A stretch of 64,000 nucleotides of DNA. It comes from a virus. Taxonomy: Duplodnaviria; Caudoviricetes. Positions 34,804 to 46,200 of this stretch are shown piece after piece. Location of the stretch: the IMG/VR virus record IMGVR_UViG_3300033069_000690, positions 1 through 64,000 of that record; one strand, given 5' to 3'. Each line of letters begins with the position of its first letter. The stretch's first letter is position 1. The notes under the pieces were generated by a model. The model did not search any database and was not told where the DNA came from. It saw only the letters and a program-made list of their open reading frames with translations. Both the position numbers and the translations under genes were made by a program.

Positions 34804-35278
34804 ACCACTGAGACGGAAACCAAAGATTAGAGATGACACCAAAAAGAATAGAAGAGTGGCCTTAAAAATTAGAAAAAAGAAAGGAGCTAATAAGAAGATA
34901 AAGAATGCTGTTTCACTAGAAGTGGATGGTATTAAATTTCGTTCTAAACTCGAAGTATATGCTTACAGAGCATTACGAGAAGCTAATATTCCTTTCGAGT
35001 ACGAAAAGCATAAGTTTGACCTATTACCATCATTCGTCTACAAAGATGAAAAAATTCGGGGAGCCTCCTATAAGCCCGATTTTGTAGGTGACGGATGGAT
35101 CATAGAAACCAAAGGTTATGCTACTGACGTTTTCAATTTACGTTGGAAACTTTTCAAGTTCAAGCTCTTTAGTGAGGGGAAAGACATTGATTTGTACCTC
35201 CCAAAAACTCATGAGCAAGTTAACAATGCTATTGCAAAAATAATGGAAAAGAATGCTGCAAGACCCAACGATTCGTAA
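34796..35278 (+). CDS. PD-(D/E)xK endonuclease (T7 endonuclease I / resolvase-like)
   Basis: FRSKLE, YEK, YKPDF and IIETKG. Confidence 0.85.
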   Translation: MTRPLRRKPKIRDDTKKNRRVALKIRKKKGANKKIKNAVSLEVDGIKFRSKLEVYAYRALREANIPFEYEKHKFDLLPSFVYKDEKIRGASYKPDFVGDGWIIETKGYATDVFNLRWKLFKFKLFSEGKDIDLYLPKTHEQVNNAIAKIMEKNAARPNDS

Positions 35279-35543
35279 AGAATTTTTCAATGCCTTTAAA
35301 CACTGTTCTAATATCAATGATCTTATGACAGCTGTAGAAAAAGGCTACATCAACAATCTTCGATGGGAAATAGAAGAAGCTCTCACTGAACACTTAAATA
35401 ACCATTTACTTGTTACTTATGAAGAAGGTGAATGGAGTATGCACAATGCTAAACTAAATGTCTTCCGAGAAATGAAAAGGTTAGAAGCTCTCGTAGAAGA
35501 CCTAATAGAAGCAAAAGAAACAGTAGCTGAGCGATCTTTATAA
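35253..35543 (+). CDS. hypothetical protein
   Basis: 96-aa ORF. Confidence 0.65.
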   Translation: MLQDPTIRKEFFNAFKHCSNINDLMTAVEKGYINNLRWEIEEALTEHLNNHLLVTYEEGEWSMHNAKLNVFREMKRLEALVEDLIEAKETVAERSL

Positions 35544-35546
35544 ACC

Positions 35547-36293
35547 ATGATAGCATTAATAGATGCAGATTTTTTATTGTACTATTGTACACACCAGCGC
35601 AAAGATGCGCCTGAAATAACCTTTGACTCTGTTTGTAACTCAGCAGACAGCTTTTTAGAGAAAATTTTTCACCGAGTTAAAGCTACAGAGTATTTAGCTT
35701 TCTTTAGTGCTCCCCCGCTCTTTAGGAAACAAGCTAATACTACGTACAAAGAGAATAGATTAAAGCTTGAAAAACCACGCTTCTTCTATGAGCTAAAAGA
35801 ATATCTAATTGGTAAGTGGGGAATAATTATTGTTTCTCCTTACGAAGCAGATGATCTTGTAGTAATTTATAGAAATCATATTAAAGAACCATCAGTAATT
35901 GTCTCTCCTGATAAGGATTTATTAAACCTAAGAGGTTATAATTATAATCCTGTAAAAGACATTGAATTTAATATTAGTAAACAACAGGAAGAGGAATACT
36001 TTTGGAAGAGTATGATTATAGGAGATAGAGCAGATAATATTCTAGGATTACCTGGTAGAGGCCCTGCATTTGCAGATAAGTTCTTTGCAGAACATCATGA
36101 TCACCATCGTTACCCAACGTTAGTGTTTGATCTCTACCTAGCATCACTAGGAGCTCATGAAGGTATCAAGTCATTCTATTCTAATTACACATCATTAAAA
36201 ATACTAGAAAAGCCGCTGGATGTTGCATTCGAGTTTAATACACCAATTAAACTTTCAAATGAAATCCCAGATGACGAAAGTATTTTATTTTAA
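35547..36293 (+). CDS. 5'-3' exonuclease / flap endonuclease (PIN-like)
   Basis: LIDADF, YKENR, EADD, SPDKDL and GDRADNILGLPGRG. Confidence 0.9.
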   Translation: MIALIDADFLLYYCTHQRKDAPEITFDSVCNSADSFLEKIFHRVKATEYLAFFSAPPLFRKQANTTYKENRLKLEKPRFFYELKEYLIGKWGIIIVSPYEADDLVVIYRNHIKEPSVIVSPDKDLLNLRGYNYNPVKDIEFNISKQQEEEYFWKSMIIGDRADNILGLPGRGPAFADKFFAEHHDHHRYPTLVFDLYLASLGAHEGIKSFYSNYTSLKILEKPLDVAFEFNTPIKLSNEIPDDESILF

Positions 36294-36304
36294 TATTAGT
36301 TTAT

Positions 36305-36904
36305 ATGAATAAAAGGACAGTTAAAGAAGATTGTAATAAATCATTTCTTTTTATCTTGCCCTTTTTAGGACTCACTATCCGCAATTCCCCCGATCCAATA
36401 CTGAACTACTGTTCAGGAGTGTATATTGGAGATGCTAGTGATTCAGAGTTACAAAATAAGATCCTCATATTATTTGAGGACATTAGAGATCCTCTTTCTG
36501 ATGACATAGAAAACACCTTTACCAAGAATGAATGGTATAGAGGTCAATATGTCCCTAAAGAAGGGTATGTTATGTATATCTTTGAAGTACCAGATTCATA
36601 TAAAAAAGATTATGATCACTTTATGAACGGGAGATACTCCCAATTTAGTGAATCATTAAAAAGAGCCATTGTTAAGTACCACTGTAAGAAACTAGATGTT
36701 AACTCACCTATTTACGGTGTACTATACAAGACCGAACAAAGAAGAGAGTATTTGGAGAAACTACTTTCTTATGACCCACAAGGAAACTTCGTTTCAAGTG
36801 TTACTATATCTCCTAGTGCAGAGTACGCCTCTATTATAAATCTTGACGAAGAAGTCTTTGATAAAAATCAATTAAAAGACATAGATAGTGTTGAAAAATT
36901 ATAA
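36305..36904 (+). CDS. conserved crAss-like hypothetical protein
   Basis: 199-aa ORF (FMNGRYSQFS motif). Confidence 0.7.
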   Translation: MNKRTVKEDCNKSFLFILPFLGLTIRNSPDPILNYCSGVYIGDASDSELQNKILILFEDIRDPLSDDIENTFTKNEWYRGQYVPKEGYVMYIFEVPDSYKKDYDHFMNGRYSQFSESLKRAIVKYHCKKLDVNSPIYGVLYKTEQRREYLEKLLSYDPQGNFVSSVTISPSAEYASIINLDEEVFDKNQLKDIDSVEKL

Positions 36905-38756
36905 AGAGAAGGAGATAGGAATAAGTCTTTTATCAGATTTGAATATATTTAACAAGTATGCAAAATACATAGACAGACTAAAGAGACGAGAAACATGGGA
37001 TGAGATTTGTAATAGGTATGAAAATATGATGGTAGAGAAGTATCCTGCTCTATCAGCTGACATCATAACTAATATGAAGCTTGTTCGTGAGAAAAAAGTA
37101 TTACCATCAATGAGGGCCTTGCAGTTTGCAGGGCCTGCAATTGATAGGAATCCTAGTCGTATCTATAACTGTGCTTACATGCCCGTAGATTCGATCTATG
37201 CGTTTAGTGAAGCTATGTTTTTGCTACTTGGTGGTACTGGTGTGGGTTATTCTGTACAGAAAGCCCACATCAACGAATTACCTGAAATAACGCGTCCTAC
37301 AAAGAAAAGACGTTATCTAGTAGGAGATAGTATAGAAGGATGGGCTGATGCCGTTAAAGCCTTAATGAAGGCTTATTTAGACCATAAAAGCCTACCTGAA
37401 TTTGATTTCTCAGATATACGTCCTAAAGGAGCGCGTTTAGTTACAGCTGGTGGTAAAGCACCAGGGCCAGAACCTTTAAAGAAAGCTCTATTCTTAATTA
37501 ACTTAATCTTAGAGAAGAAGGAAAATGGTAGTAAGTTAACATCTATTGAATGTCATGATATCATGTGTCATATAGCTGATGCTGTATTAGCAGGTGGTAT
37601 ACGAAGGGCAGCAATGATCTCATTGTTCTCATTCGATGATAGAGATATGATGACCTGTAAGTCAGGTAATTGGTGGGAATTAAACCCACAGAGAGGTAGA
37701 GCTAATAACTCAGTAGTACTCTCTCGTAATAGGATTACAAAGGAAGACTTTGATGGTGTGTGGAAACTAATGAAGGACAGTAATGCTGGCGAACCTGGTA
37801 TTTACTTTACTAATAACACTGATTGGGGAACCAATCCTTGCTGTGAGATTGGTTTACGTCCTTATCAATTCTGTAACCTTTGTGAGCTCAATGTAAGTAA
37901 TATTGAAAACCAAGAAGATTTGGAAAGACGAGTAGTCGCAGCTACGTTGTTTGGTACTCTTCAAGCTGGTTTCACTAACTTCCATTATCTCCGTCCTATA
38001 TGGGAAGCAACTACTAAGAAAGATGCTCTACTAGGTATTGGTATGACAGGAATAGCATCAGGAGCAACTGATGGTTTAAATCTAAGACAAGCAGCTACTG
38101 TAGCTGTGGAAGCTAACAAACACTTTGCTTCAATTATTGGTATTAATCCAGCAGCTCGTGTTACTACTGTTAAACCTAGTGGTACTACTTCTTGTGTATT
38201 AGGAACTAGTAGTGGTATTCATGCATGGCATAATGATTTCTTCATTAGAAGATCTCAGTTATCTGGTAGTGATCCATTGGTAGCATACTTTAAAAGCATC
38301 AATTCTAGTGCTTTAAAGGAGCTTGGATGGTCACCTGGAGACTATGTATTCGAAACTCCTGTTAGAGCCCCACAAGGAGCTATTACGCGTCATACAGAGA
38401 CTGCTACAACATTACTAGAACGTGTTAAACGCTTTAGTGATGAATGGGTACGTCCTGGTCATAGACGTGGAGACAACACCCACAATGTTTCATTAACTAT
38501 TAATGTTAAGGAAGATGAGTGGGATCAAGTAAAAGAATGGTTATGGGACAATAGGAATAACTTTAATGGTGCAGCTATCTTACCACATGATGGTGGTAGC
38601 TACACACAAGCTCCTTTTGAAGACATAACCGAAGATCAATATAATACGTTAGTAGAACAACTATTAACTGAGAATATTGATTTCACCCAAATAACAGAAA
38701 ATGAAGATAGTACTTCTTTCACACAAGAATTAGCTTGTGCGGGAGGTAATTGTTAA
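36888..38756 (+). CDS. nrdJ: class II (B12-dependent) ribonucleotide reductase, monomeric type
   Basis: PSMRALQFAG, YNCA, NPCCEI, CNLCE, VKPSGTTS and C-terminal CAGGNC. Confidence 0.93.
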   Translation: MLKNYKEKEIGISLLSDLNIFNKYAKYIDRLKRRETWDEICNRYENMMVEKYPALSADIITNMKLVREKKVLPSMRALQFAGPAIDRNPSRIYNCAYMPVDSIYAFSEAMFLLLGGTGVGYSVQKAHINELPEITRPTKKRRYLVGDSIEGWADAVKALMKAYLDHKSLPEFDFSDIRPKGARLVTAGGKAPGPEPLKKALFLINLILEKKENGSKLTSIECHDIMCHIADAVLAGGIRRAAMISLFSFDDRDMMTCKSGNWWELNPQRGRANNSVVLSRNRITKEDFDGVWKLMKDSNAGEPGIYFTNNTDWGTNPCCEIGLRPYQFCNLCELNVSNIENQEDLERRVVAATLFGTLQAGFTNFHYLRPIWEATTKKDALLGIGMTGIASGATDGLNLRQAATVAVEANKHFASIIGINPAARVTTVKPSGTTSCVLGTSSGIHAWHNDFFIRRSQLSGSDPLVAYFKSINSSALKELGWSPGDYVFETPVRAPQGAITRHTETATTLLERVKRFSDEWVRPGHRRGDNTHNVSLTINVKEDEWDQVKEWLWDNRNNFNGAAILPHDGGSYTQAPFEDITEDQYNTLVEQLLTENIDFTQITENEDSTSFTQELACAGGNC

Positions 38757-38759
38757 CAC

Positions 38760-39476
38760 ATGTTAGACAAAATATTTAAGGAAGAGGGTCAGCAAATCGC
38801 TGGCCCTATTCTATATGAAAAAATCTTAGAGGAACTCTCAAGAGATAAAATTCTTGAACAACTTAGACAACTTCCTATTATCGAGAAAAGACAATCTGAT
38901 CTACAGCACTTAGTTACATTAGCATTGAAGAAATGGAGGTCTTTAATCGGTGTAAGAATTACAGACTCTTCTGTAGTAGAATTCATAGGAGGTGGGGATA
39001 GTTATACACCTTCTACTAAATCATTATTTAGTCTTAATCATGATTTCTACATAAAACCTAATAGAACTAGGGGTAATGATCCTACTATATATGTACATCA
39101 TATTCAATGCTTAACACCACCTCCTAGTGTAAAAGATAGAGAAATAGGATTTCGTAATGTATTTAGAGCTCCTTTAGATACTGTAAAATTTGAATTTATA
39201 CCTATACAGAAGTATTGTAAAAAAGATAATGAGGATCTTTTGGATGACTTCATTATAGATATGTATAATAAGTATCTAGATGAGTTAATTGATCCTCCTA
39301 AAGATGCTGTGAAAAGATTCTTTCCTGTTATTTACAAGACAGAAGATAAAAAGCAGTTCTTAGAAATGTACAAGCACCACAACACTCAGGGGATATTAGA
39401 TTATCTCGTGAGTAAAAAAACAGCAGATCCCTCTACTGAGGAATTAAGAACGATTATAAATGAGAAAATCTCGTAA
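38760..39476 (+). CDS. hypothetical protein
   Basis: 238-aa ORF. Confidence 0.7.
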   Translation: MLDKIFKEEGQQIAGPILYEKILEELSRDKILEQLRQLPIIEKRQSDLQHLVTLALKKWRSLIGVRITDSSVVEFIGGGDSYTPSTKSLFSLNHDFYIKPNRTRGNDPTIYVHHIQCLTPPPSVKDREIGFRNVFRAPLDTVKFEFIPIQKYCKKDNEDLLDDFIIDMYNKYLDELIDPPKDAVKRFFPVIYKTEDKKQFLEMYKHHNTQGILDYLVSKKTADPSTEELRTIINEKIS

Positions 39477-39939
39477 AAATAGAGTTTATGATTCTATTAT
39501 TCATAAATTGTATGCTCTTGAAGCAACTATTCATTACTTTCTTACTAATTATAGTAAGGATAATTTAGTAACTACAGAAGAGTACATTAAGTACTATAAC
39601 AATACCTCTAGCAAAGGAAAGTTAAAAGAGTCCGTTAGAGAGATGTTTAAAAGCAATAAATGCATTTCACGTGTAACTGTTCACCACTCTATGATGGGGG
39701 CTGTTAACATTGATTTCAATCGCCTAGAAAATATTGATGGGCACGCTAATCCGGATATTCCTGTAGCTAAATGGTTTTTTGATATGACTGTACAAAAGCT
39801 TATGATAGAACTTGATGCAGAAATGGAGGAAGCTTTCTCTACTCTTGCATTAGCAACTACTGAAAGAAAAGCTAAGTCTATTCTAAAATCACTAGAAAAA
39901 ACTTTATTAGAAAAATACATTTACTTCTATCATGTCTGA
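39460..39939 (+). CDS. hypothetical protein
   Basis: 159-aa ORF. Confidence 0.7.
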   Translation: MRKSRKNRVYDSIIHKLYALEATIHYFLTNYSKDNLVTTEEYIKYYNNTSSKGKLKESVREMFKSNKCISRVTVHHSMMGAVNIDFNRLENIDGHANPDIPVAKWFFDMTVQKLMIELDAEMEEAFSTLALATTERKAKSILKSLEKTLLEKYIYFYHV

Positions 39940-40210
39940 TAACATCGCGCAACGAACACAAAGTGGTTACTACCACATTGAAGAAGTTCAAAAAGAAATA
40001 GAAGGTTCAGTAATTTTAAAAATTACTTTTGATCCAGAGCTCTTAACTAATTTCGAGAATGATGATAGTGGCCACCCTACTATAGTCGTAATTAAAGAGA
40101 AGACTCTGGAAAAAGGAGAGAAGTTTGGGCCTTACGTGATCACTGATCTCGTATGGGCTACTGCTATCAATCCTAATGCCGCTTTGATTATTACAGCAGA
40201 GAGGCGATAA
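39932..40210 (+). CDS. hypothetical protein
   Basis: 92-aa ORF. Confidence 0.7.
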   Translation: MSDNIAQRTQSGYYHIEEVQKEIEGSVILKITFDPELLTNFENDDSGHPTIVVIKEKTLEKGEKFGPYVITDLVWATAINPNAALIITAERR

Positions 40211-40231
40211 AAAAAGGGAGCCTAAGCTCCC
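40209..40231 (-). terminator. intrinsic terminator for the minus-strand cargo operon
   Basis: GGGAGC-CTAA-GCTCCC preceded on + by an A7 run (a U-run on -). Confidence 0.75.
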
Positions 40232-40249
40232 TGATTGTTTGTGTGAGTA

Positions 40250-40280
40250 ACGTGGGGAAGCAATTCCTCACGTTTTTTTT
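40250..40280 (+). terminator. intrinsic terminator for the plus-strand replication block
   Basis: ACGTGGGGAA-GCAA-TTCCTCACGT followed by a T-run. Confidence 0.8.
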
Positions 40281-40287
40281 AGCCGTT

Positions 40288-43200
40288 TTATCTGGCTCTT
40301 CCAGCATTAGCAGAACTCTTATCCCACCAAGGATCTTGTATGTTCTGCATATAACTGTTACCAGCAAATGGTATATTCTTAATTAAGTTCTTAGTACCAG
40401 GCATATCACCATTACGCATACGCTCACCATTAATGATGCCTTTAAACACTACATCATTAGTACCTTCAACTATCTCAAGTAAGCTAGGAAGGAGTACAGT
40501 AGGTTTATTAAGGAAACGTAATAGCTCAAGCGCGTTACCCTCAGCAGTTAAGTCATTTTTAATGTTAGCTATCCTACGTTTTAATGGGTCACGTGGATCG
40601 TCATCATCATCTCCATATACGGCTATCATAGCACCTGTAATACCTACCCATAGAGCCCAGCTCAATAGTAAACTAATTACATTTTGCTTCTGCTCTGGTG
40701 ATAACTTTTTCCATTCCTTACCACCATTCATTGAGTCTAATTTAATAGCTTCTCCAGCATATAGAGCACGTACCATGAGTTTCATGTGGCGTATACCTGG
40801 GGCATCACCAATCACTTTACTAGCTAGTAGCATACTACCTTTATCTAATCTGCTCTCCCAACGAAGTAATGGGTTACCATCCTCATCAAGTACAGTCTTA
40901 CCTGTTTCATTATCTAGTACTTCTACAAGCTTACCAAGTGATGCATTCTCAAAGTCTCCTTTCCATCCTTGCCATCCACGTTCCATTACGTTAGGTAGGT
41001 ACTTATGGAATTGTAGGAAGATAGATAATAAAGCATTTCCTTCCATCTCTCTCTTACGACTCTTATCATACTCACCCATGATCCTAGAGTTTGCTTTCTT
41101 AATAGAAAAGATCTCTTGAGCTGATAAGCCTTCGATAACATCTCCATTCTCAGTTCTACCTCTAGTACCACCATTCCACTTCAGTTCACCATTCTCAAAT
41201 GAGTAACTATCCCATATAGACAAGCCTGTCTTAATATTCTTTTTCCTCATTAAAGTAGCTATAGTAGTTATAGAATAACCAACATCATCACCAATACCAT
41301 AAGTGAGGTAAGCCCACTTAACATCTAATGCTCTGTTACTAGCTACTGCTAAGTTCTCTTTGCTTTTATTATAATTGAACTGACGTTGAGTAAAGTCATA
41401 GATCTGATTAATCTCTTCCCACTTATCTTTCTTTCCTAATACATTCTTATTGTAGAGATGCTGAAAATAAATACCATGGGCTTTAACTAAGTCACTTACA
41501 GTCCAGTCAATATCAGATGGATCTAATCCTACTAAATCTTTAGCTATGGAACCTTTAACAGCTTCCTTAGTAACATACAAGTAGTTAAGTACAGCATTAC
41601 TAGCTGCTCCTAATGTAGACCATGATAGTTTAGCAGCTGTGACTACTCCCATTGCTGCATAGGTTAACTTACCTAATTGTACTTTTTTATTACCTACTTT
41701 AATTTCCGTACCCATACCAAACCGGTGATCATTATAAATCTCAGCTATGTTATTGTTTACAAAGTTCTTAACCCAAACAGCTGAGTTCTCTTCAGTTCCT
41801 GAGTTACTAGTACCATAAGCTAATACATCATGTAATGCTTGTCCATATACAGCTATATCATCGTAGTGTTGTTTAGCCTTCATATTCTGTACAAACATCT
41901 TGAAGGTAGCCTCTGCATGTAAGCTATGTCCCTTAGCACCATAACTAAATGGTGATACTAAGTACTTAACAGGTACACCAACAGGTTTTAATCCAAACAA
42001 GTCTTTGTTCTTAGCTTTAAAGTCTGTATAAGTAAGGTTACTCCAGAACCAGTCTTTAATTTGTCCTGTCTTTTCTCTGAAGCCTTTAAGCTCAGCAGGT
42101 AACTTAGGAATGTAAGGAGTCATATCCTCTTGATATTCTCTTCCCTTTCCTAACTCATCTACCCACTTCTCAACTTCAGGTAATCCTTTAAAGTAAGCTA
42201 TTCTTTCCTCATACTTGGCTCTTAACTCATCTTTAGAATAGTATTTTAATAACTCATCTTTACTTAGGTTATCTAACTTCTGCTTGTAGTACTCTATACC
42301 ACGCTTAGTAGATAATGCTGCAAACATAGTATCACGTATACCATCTCTATAGAAAATGTTATATTCTCTCTCATCTGGGCTAAGCTCTTTAAATCTTTTA
42401 TCATACTCAGTCAATATCTTACGTCCTGAGACATTATCTCCCTCCCACATGAATCTAAATACCTCTTCATAATCAATGAGGTTTAAAGCTCCTCTAGTGA
42501 GCTTATCAAGCAACATCTTACCTTGGTTGTTTCCGTAGTAAGCCTTTAATAATTTATTTACCAACTCATCACTTTTCTTATAAAGATCGTGACGCTCCTT
42601 AGTCATTAAGTTTTTAGCTTCCTCATACATCTTATTGAACATCTTAAGGAGAGGATTCTTTACATTATAACCAACACTAGTTAAACGTTCCATGAACCCC
42701 ATATCAGTACCCATACCAGATAGGTAATCACCAAATTCATTTCCTTCTAACTGTGCTATCTTTAAGATTAAGCTTTCTTCTGTATCCCTAACACGCATAT
42801 TGTTTTGAACATACTCATCAGTTAATGGGCGTTTACCATCAATACCTGACTTACGCAACTTCTCTAATGCTTTCTTTAATCTAAGTAAGAGTATATCTCT
42901 AGCTTGGAATACATTCTTAACACCACCTTCTTTCATTACCTCATCTAGATCAGCTGATAAAGAACGGCTTAATGCTACGTACTCTTTATGGTTGAATAAG
43001 TAAGGTTTCTTTTCTAATAGTGCAGGATTGTTCTCTCTGAAGTACTCTTGTAAAGTACCTAAGAACCTATCTCTATCTACACGTAATATCTCTATATCAT
43101 ACTGTGATGGTTTGATAATACCTATATCTCTAAAACGGATATTAGGATATTTATTCTTTAACATTAAAGCATAGAAAGTTTGCTGTAGTTTATGTCTATC

Positions 43201-46200
43201 AGCTAATGACCAGTGAATACCAAAGCGTTCACCGAACTTCATGTAAGCCGCCTGCTCATTTTCTTTTAATGAACCAGTCTTGAAGTCATAGATGGAATAA
43301 GAACCATCCTTATGCTTTATAAGTAAGTCAATAGTACCACCTAATCCTGTTTCAGGGTCTAATACAGTAAACTCTGTGTAGACTGTATCAGTGCTATTGA
43401 TTCCTAAGTAATCTCTAATCTCTTCTAGCTTCTTTGAGTTTAACCATTGGAAGGTAAAGGGACTATCATCATATTGGTTATATTCTGCTTTTAAAGCTGC
43501 TAACTCCCCATCAAGTTGAGCATACTTAGGATTAGAAGGATCTGTGAAGTACTTCTCAAATATTTTGTGGATTACCTTACCCTTAATTCTATTCTGTTCT
43601 GATGTAGATTTAAAATATTCTTTAGCTTGATCAAAATCCATCATAGTATTGTTCAACGAGATTTTGCCTCCATTAACATTCTGATGTTGTACTTTAAACT
43701 CTCTTTTAGCTAAGTATGCTTCATACCCATCACTCTTATAAGGGTTAAAGATCTTATCAATCAATGGGGTAACCCTCTTTAATAGGTTCATAGCACCACT
43801 AGGACTTCTCATTTGATATGTCTCATCATCAGTAGCAATAGCAGCTTCTTGAGTAACATCTACACCGTTATTCCAGAACCTCAACTCATGCGAACCAGTC
43901 AGATCGCTATCCAAATCAAATAACTGTCTACCATTAAACATCATTGATGCTAACTCAAACATAGTTGTTGTAGGACTAAGACCATCTACCTCCACTGAAG
44001 TATCAATGCCTACTAGCTTTCCTAAGGAAACAAAGAAGCGTTTAATAGCTTTAACTAACATGGTAGGTAATGAGCTAACTAACCCAGCTCCATATCTACC
44101 AATAGCAGTCACTATGGCTTCATCTAAGACATCCTTTTCACTTAAGTCAGGGTAGAGTGCTTTAACTTCTGTTAATACGTCAGAAGTCTTTATTTGCTCT
44201 ACTAGGTTATTGTAGAGTACCTTGTTCTTCTGCTCAATAACTTTAAGGAAAGCATGTGCAAATTCATGGACAGGAGCTTCAGCTGATAACCTATTCTTAT
44301 TTATCAGTACCTTACCGTTTAAATAAAGACCAGCATTATTTCTATACTGTGATGTACGAGGATCTTCATTGAAGTCTACTACCTCGTAATCAAGCTTAAT
44401 AGCTTTAGCTAAAGCATGTAGAATATGGTCCACTAATACTCTACCAATTCTTTTGTTTTGTGTAGAGCGTAACTCTTTAGTATTGTTATTAGTAGTACTG
44501 AAGTTACCATTATTACTAATTGACTTAACCTGATTAGGATCATAAACTACTACTTCTCTATTACGATCAACAATGGCATCAAAGGAATTAGCTGTACGTT
44601 TATAAACCTTACGCATAATATCCTTCCAATTCTCATGTGCCTTATCAGGGTTATTTGTTTTCTCAACAACTAGCGGTTTTTGAATACGTAAGAAGTATCC
44701 TTCTGCTGAAGGAGTACCTGGTTTACCTTCCATGTTAGCTACATCAGTTGTATAAGCAAAGTAATTACCTTTACCATAAGTGTTAGTAGGAGAGCTTAAT
44801 TCAGCATTAAACTCCCCAACTACATCACCTTTATGCCAAAAGATCCTAGGCTCCCCATTCTCATCGAGAGCTTCTGGAGATACTTCTTGTTGTTTTTGTT
44901 GTAAAAGAGTATTTAAATCTTTTATCTTCTTATCAAAAAAGGAAGTATCATTACTTGTAAATGTACCAGTTGTAGGATCAAACTCTCCTTTATATTTAGA
45001 ATAAGAATCTAAAGCTTTTTGTTTTTCAGACTTAAAAAAGTTTATTACATTTTGAATATCAACATCTTTTACTACAGACCAGAATTTATTAAAATCTTTA
45101 TTATTAATAGTTTCTCTTGTGCCTATTAAAGAATCTGTATTTGCAATTCCTTCATTAGCTAATCTTTTCCAAACTTGATCTATAATGATATTTGAGTATT
45201 CTTTTTGTAAACTATTAAACTCTGAAGCTTCATTAGACTTTTTAAATGCTTTAAAACCTTCTATATCTTGTTTAGAACCTAATTTTATAGCATTTTTAGG
45301 ATTAGTTATTGCTATTACTTCAGACCAAGTTTTATTATCTCTTATTCTTCCAAAGTCTATAGCATCATAATTTCCTTCTATACCAGCAAAAATTCCTTCA
45401 TCTATTCCAGGATGAACGCCTTCTCCTATCTTTTCTCCAGCACTAAATTGTAGAGTTTTTGGTGTTTTTAATCCCCAACTTCCTATAAATTTACGTTTAG
45501 ACATAAACTCCTCAGTTAAAGGCTTCTTAACAAGGAATACTATATCATCTAATTTAGGAATATATCTGTTTTTCTTTTTTAACTCTTTTTGAAAATATCT
45601 TTCTGATGAACTTGTAAATTCACTTATATCTTCTTCTGAATGGTGATAGGCAATATTAGTTACTCCTATACTATCGAGATATTGAGAGTATAGTTCTTGA
45701 GCTTGTTGTTTTTGTTGTGGAGTTAATTGGTTGCTATAATTTAAAACTCTAAAATTATCTCCTTGTTCAGTGTCAATTATTCTTTTAACACTTCCCTCTT
45801 TTTCTAAAGAGTCCCACATTTTTTTTGCAGAATCTGAATTAGCAATAGCTCCTTCGTTCCATTCCTGAACCTCTACATTAAATTTACTTGAAATTAGTTT
45901 ATATAAATCTTTACCATATCCTTTATTAGTAACATTTAATTTAGGGTGCAATATAACAGTTTCATTTCCTCTATATTCAACAACAACAGTTCCTATATTA
46001 TCACCACTTTCATTTAAAACTTCATATTGTTTAAAAGATTTTAATCTACTTTGTGGCACATAAGGGTCTTTATATTCAAGTTCTTTTCCTAAAGTAGTTT
46101 TTAATTTATTTTTAAACCCTAAAGCTTCATATACAGCATTAGCTAATTCAGGATTAGAGTCAAACAACTCTTTAACTCCTTCTTTTATATAAGAAGAATT

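Noticed and set aside
17009-38756. Inteins or introns in PolA, DnaB, primase or NrdJ
   Set aside because: The lengths are normal and I find no C/S...HN intein termini or LAGLIDADG motifs.
40433-41119. 228-aa + strand ORF and the other short ORFs antisense to the giant cargo genes or the replication genes
   Set aside because: Ser/Leu/Ile-rich shadow ORFs typical of the antisense strand of AT-rich coding sequence.
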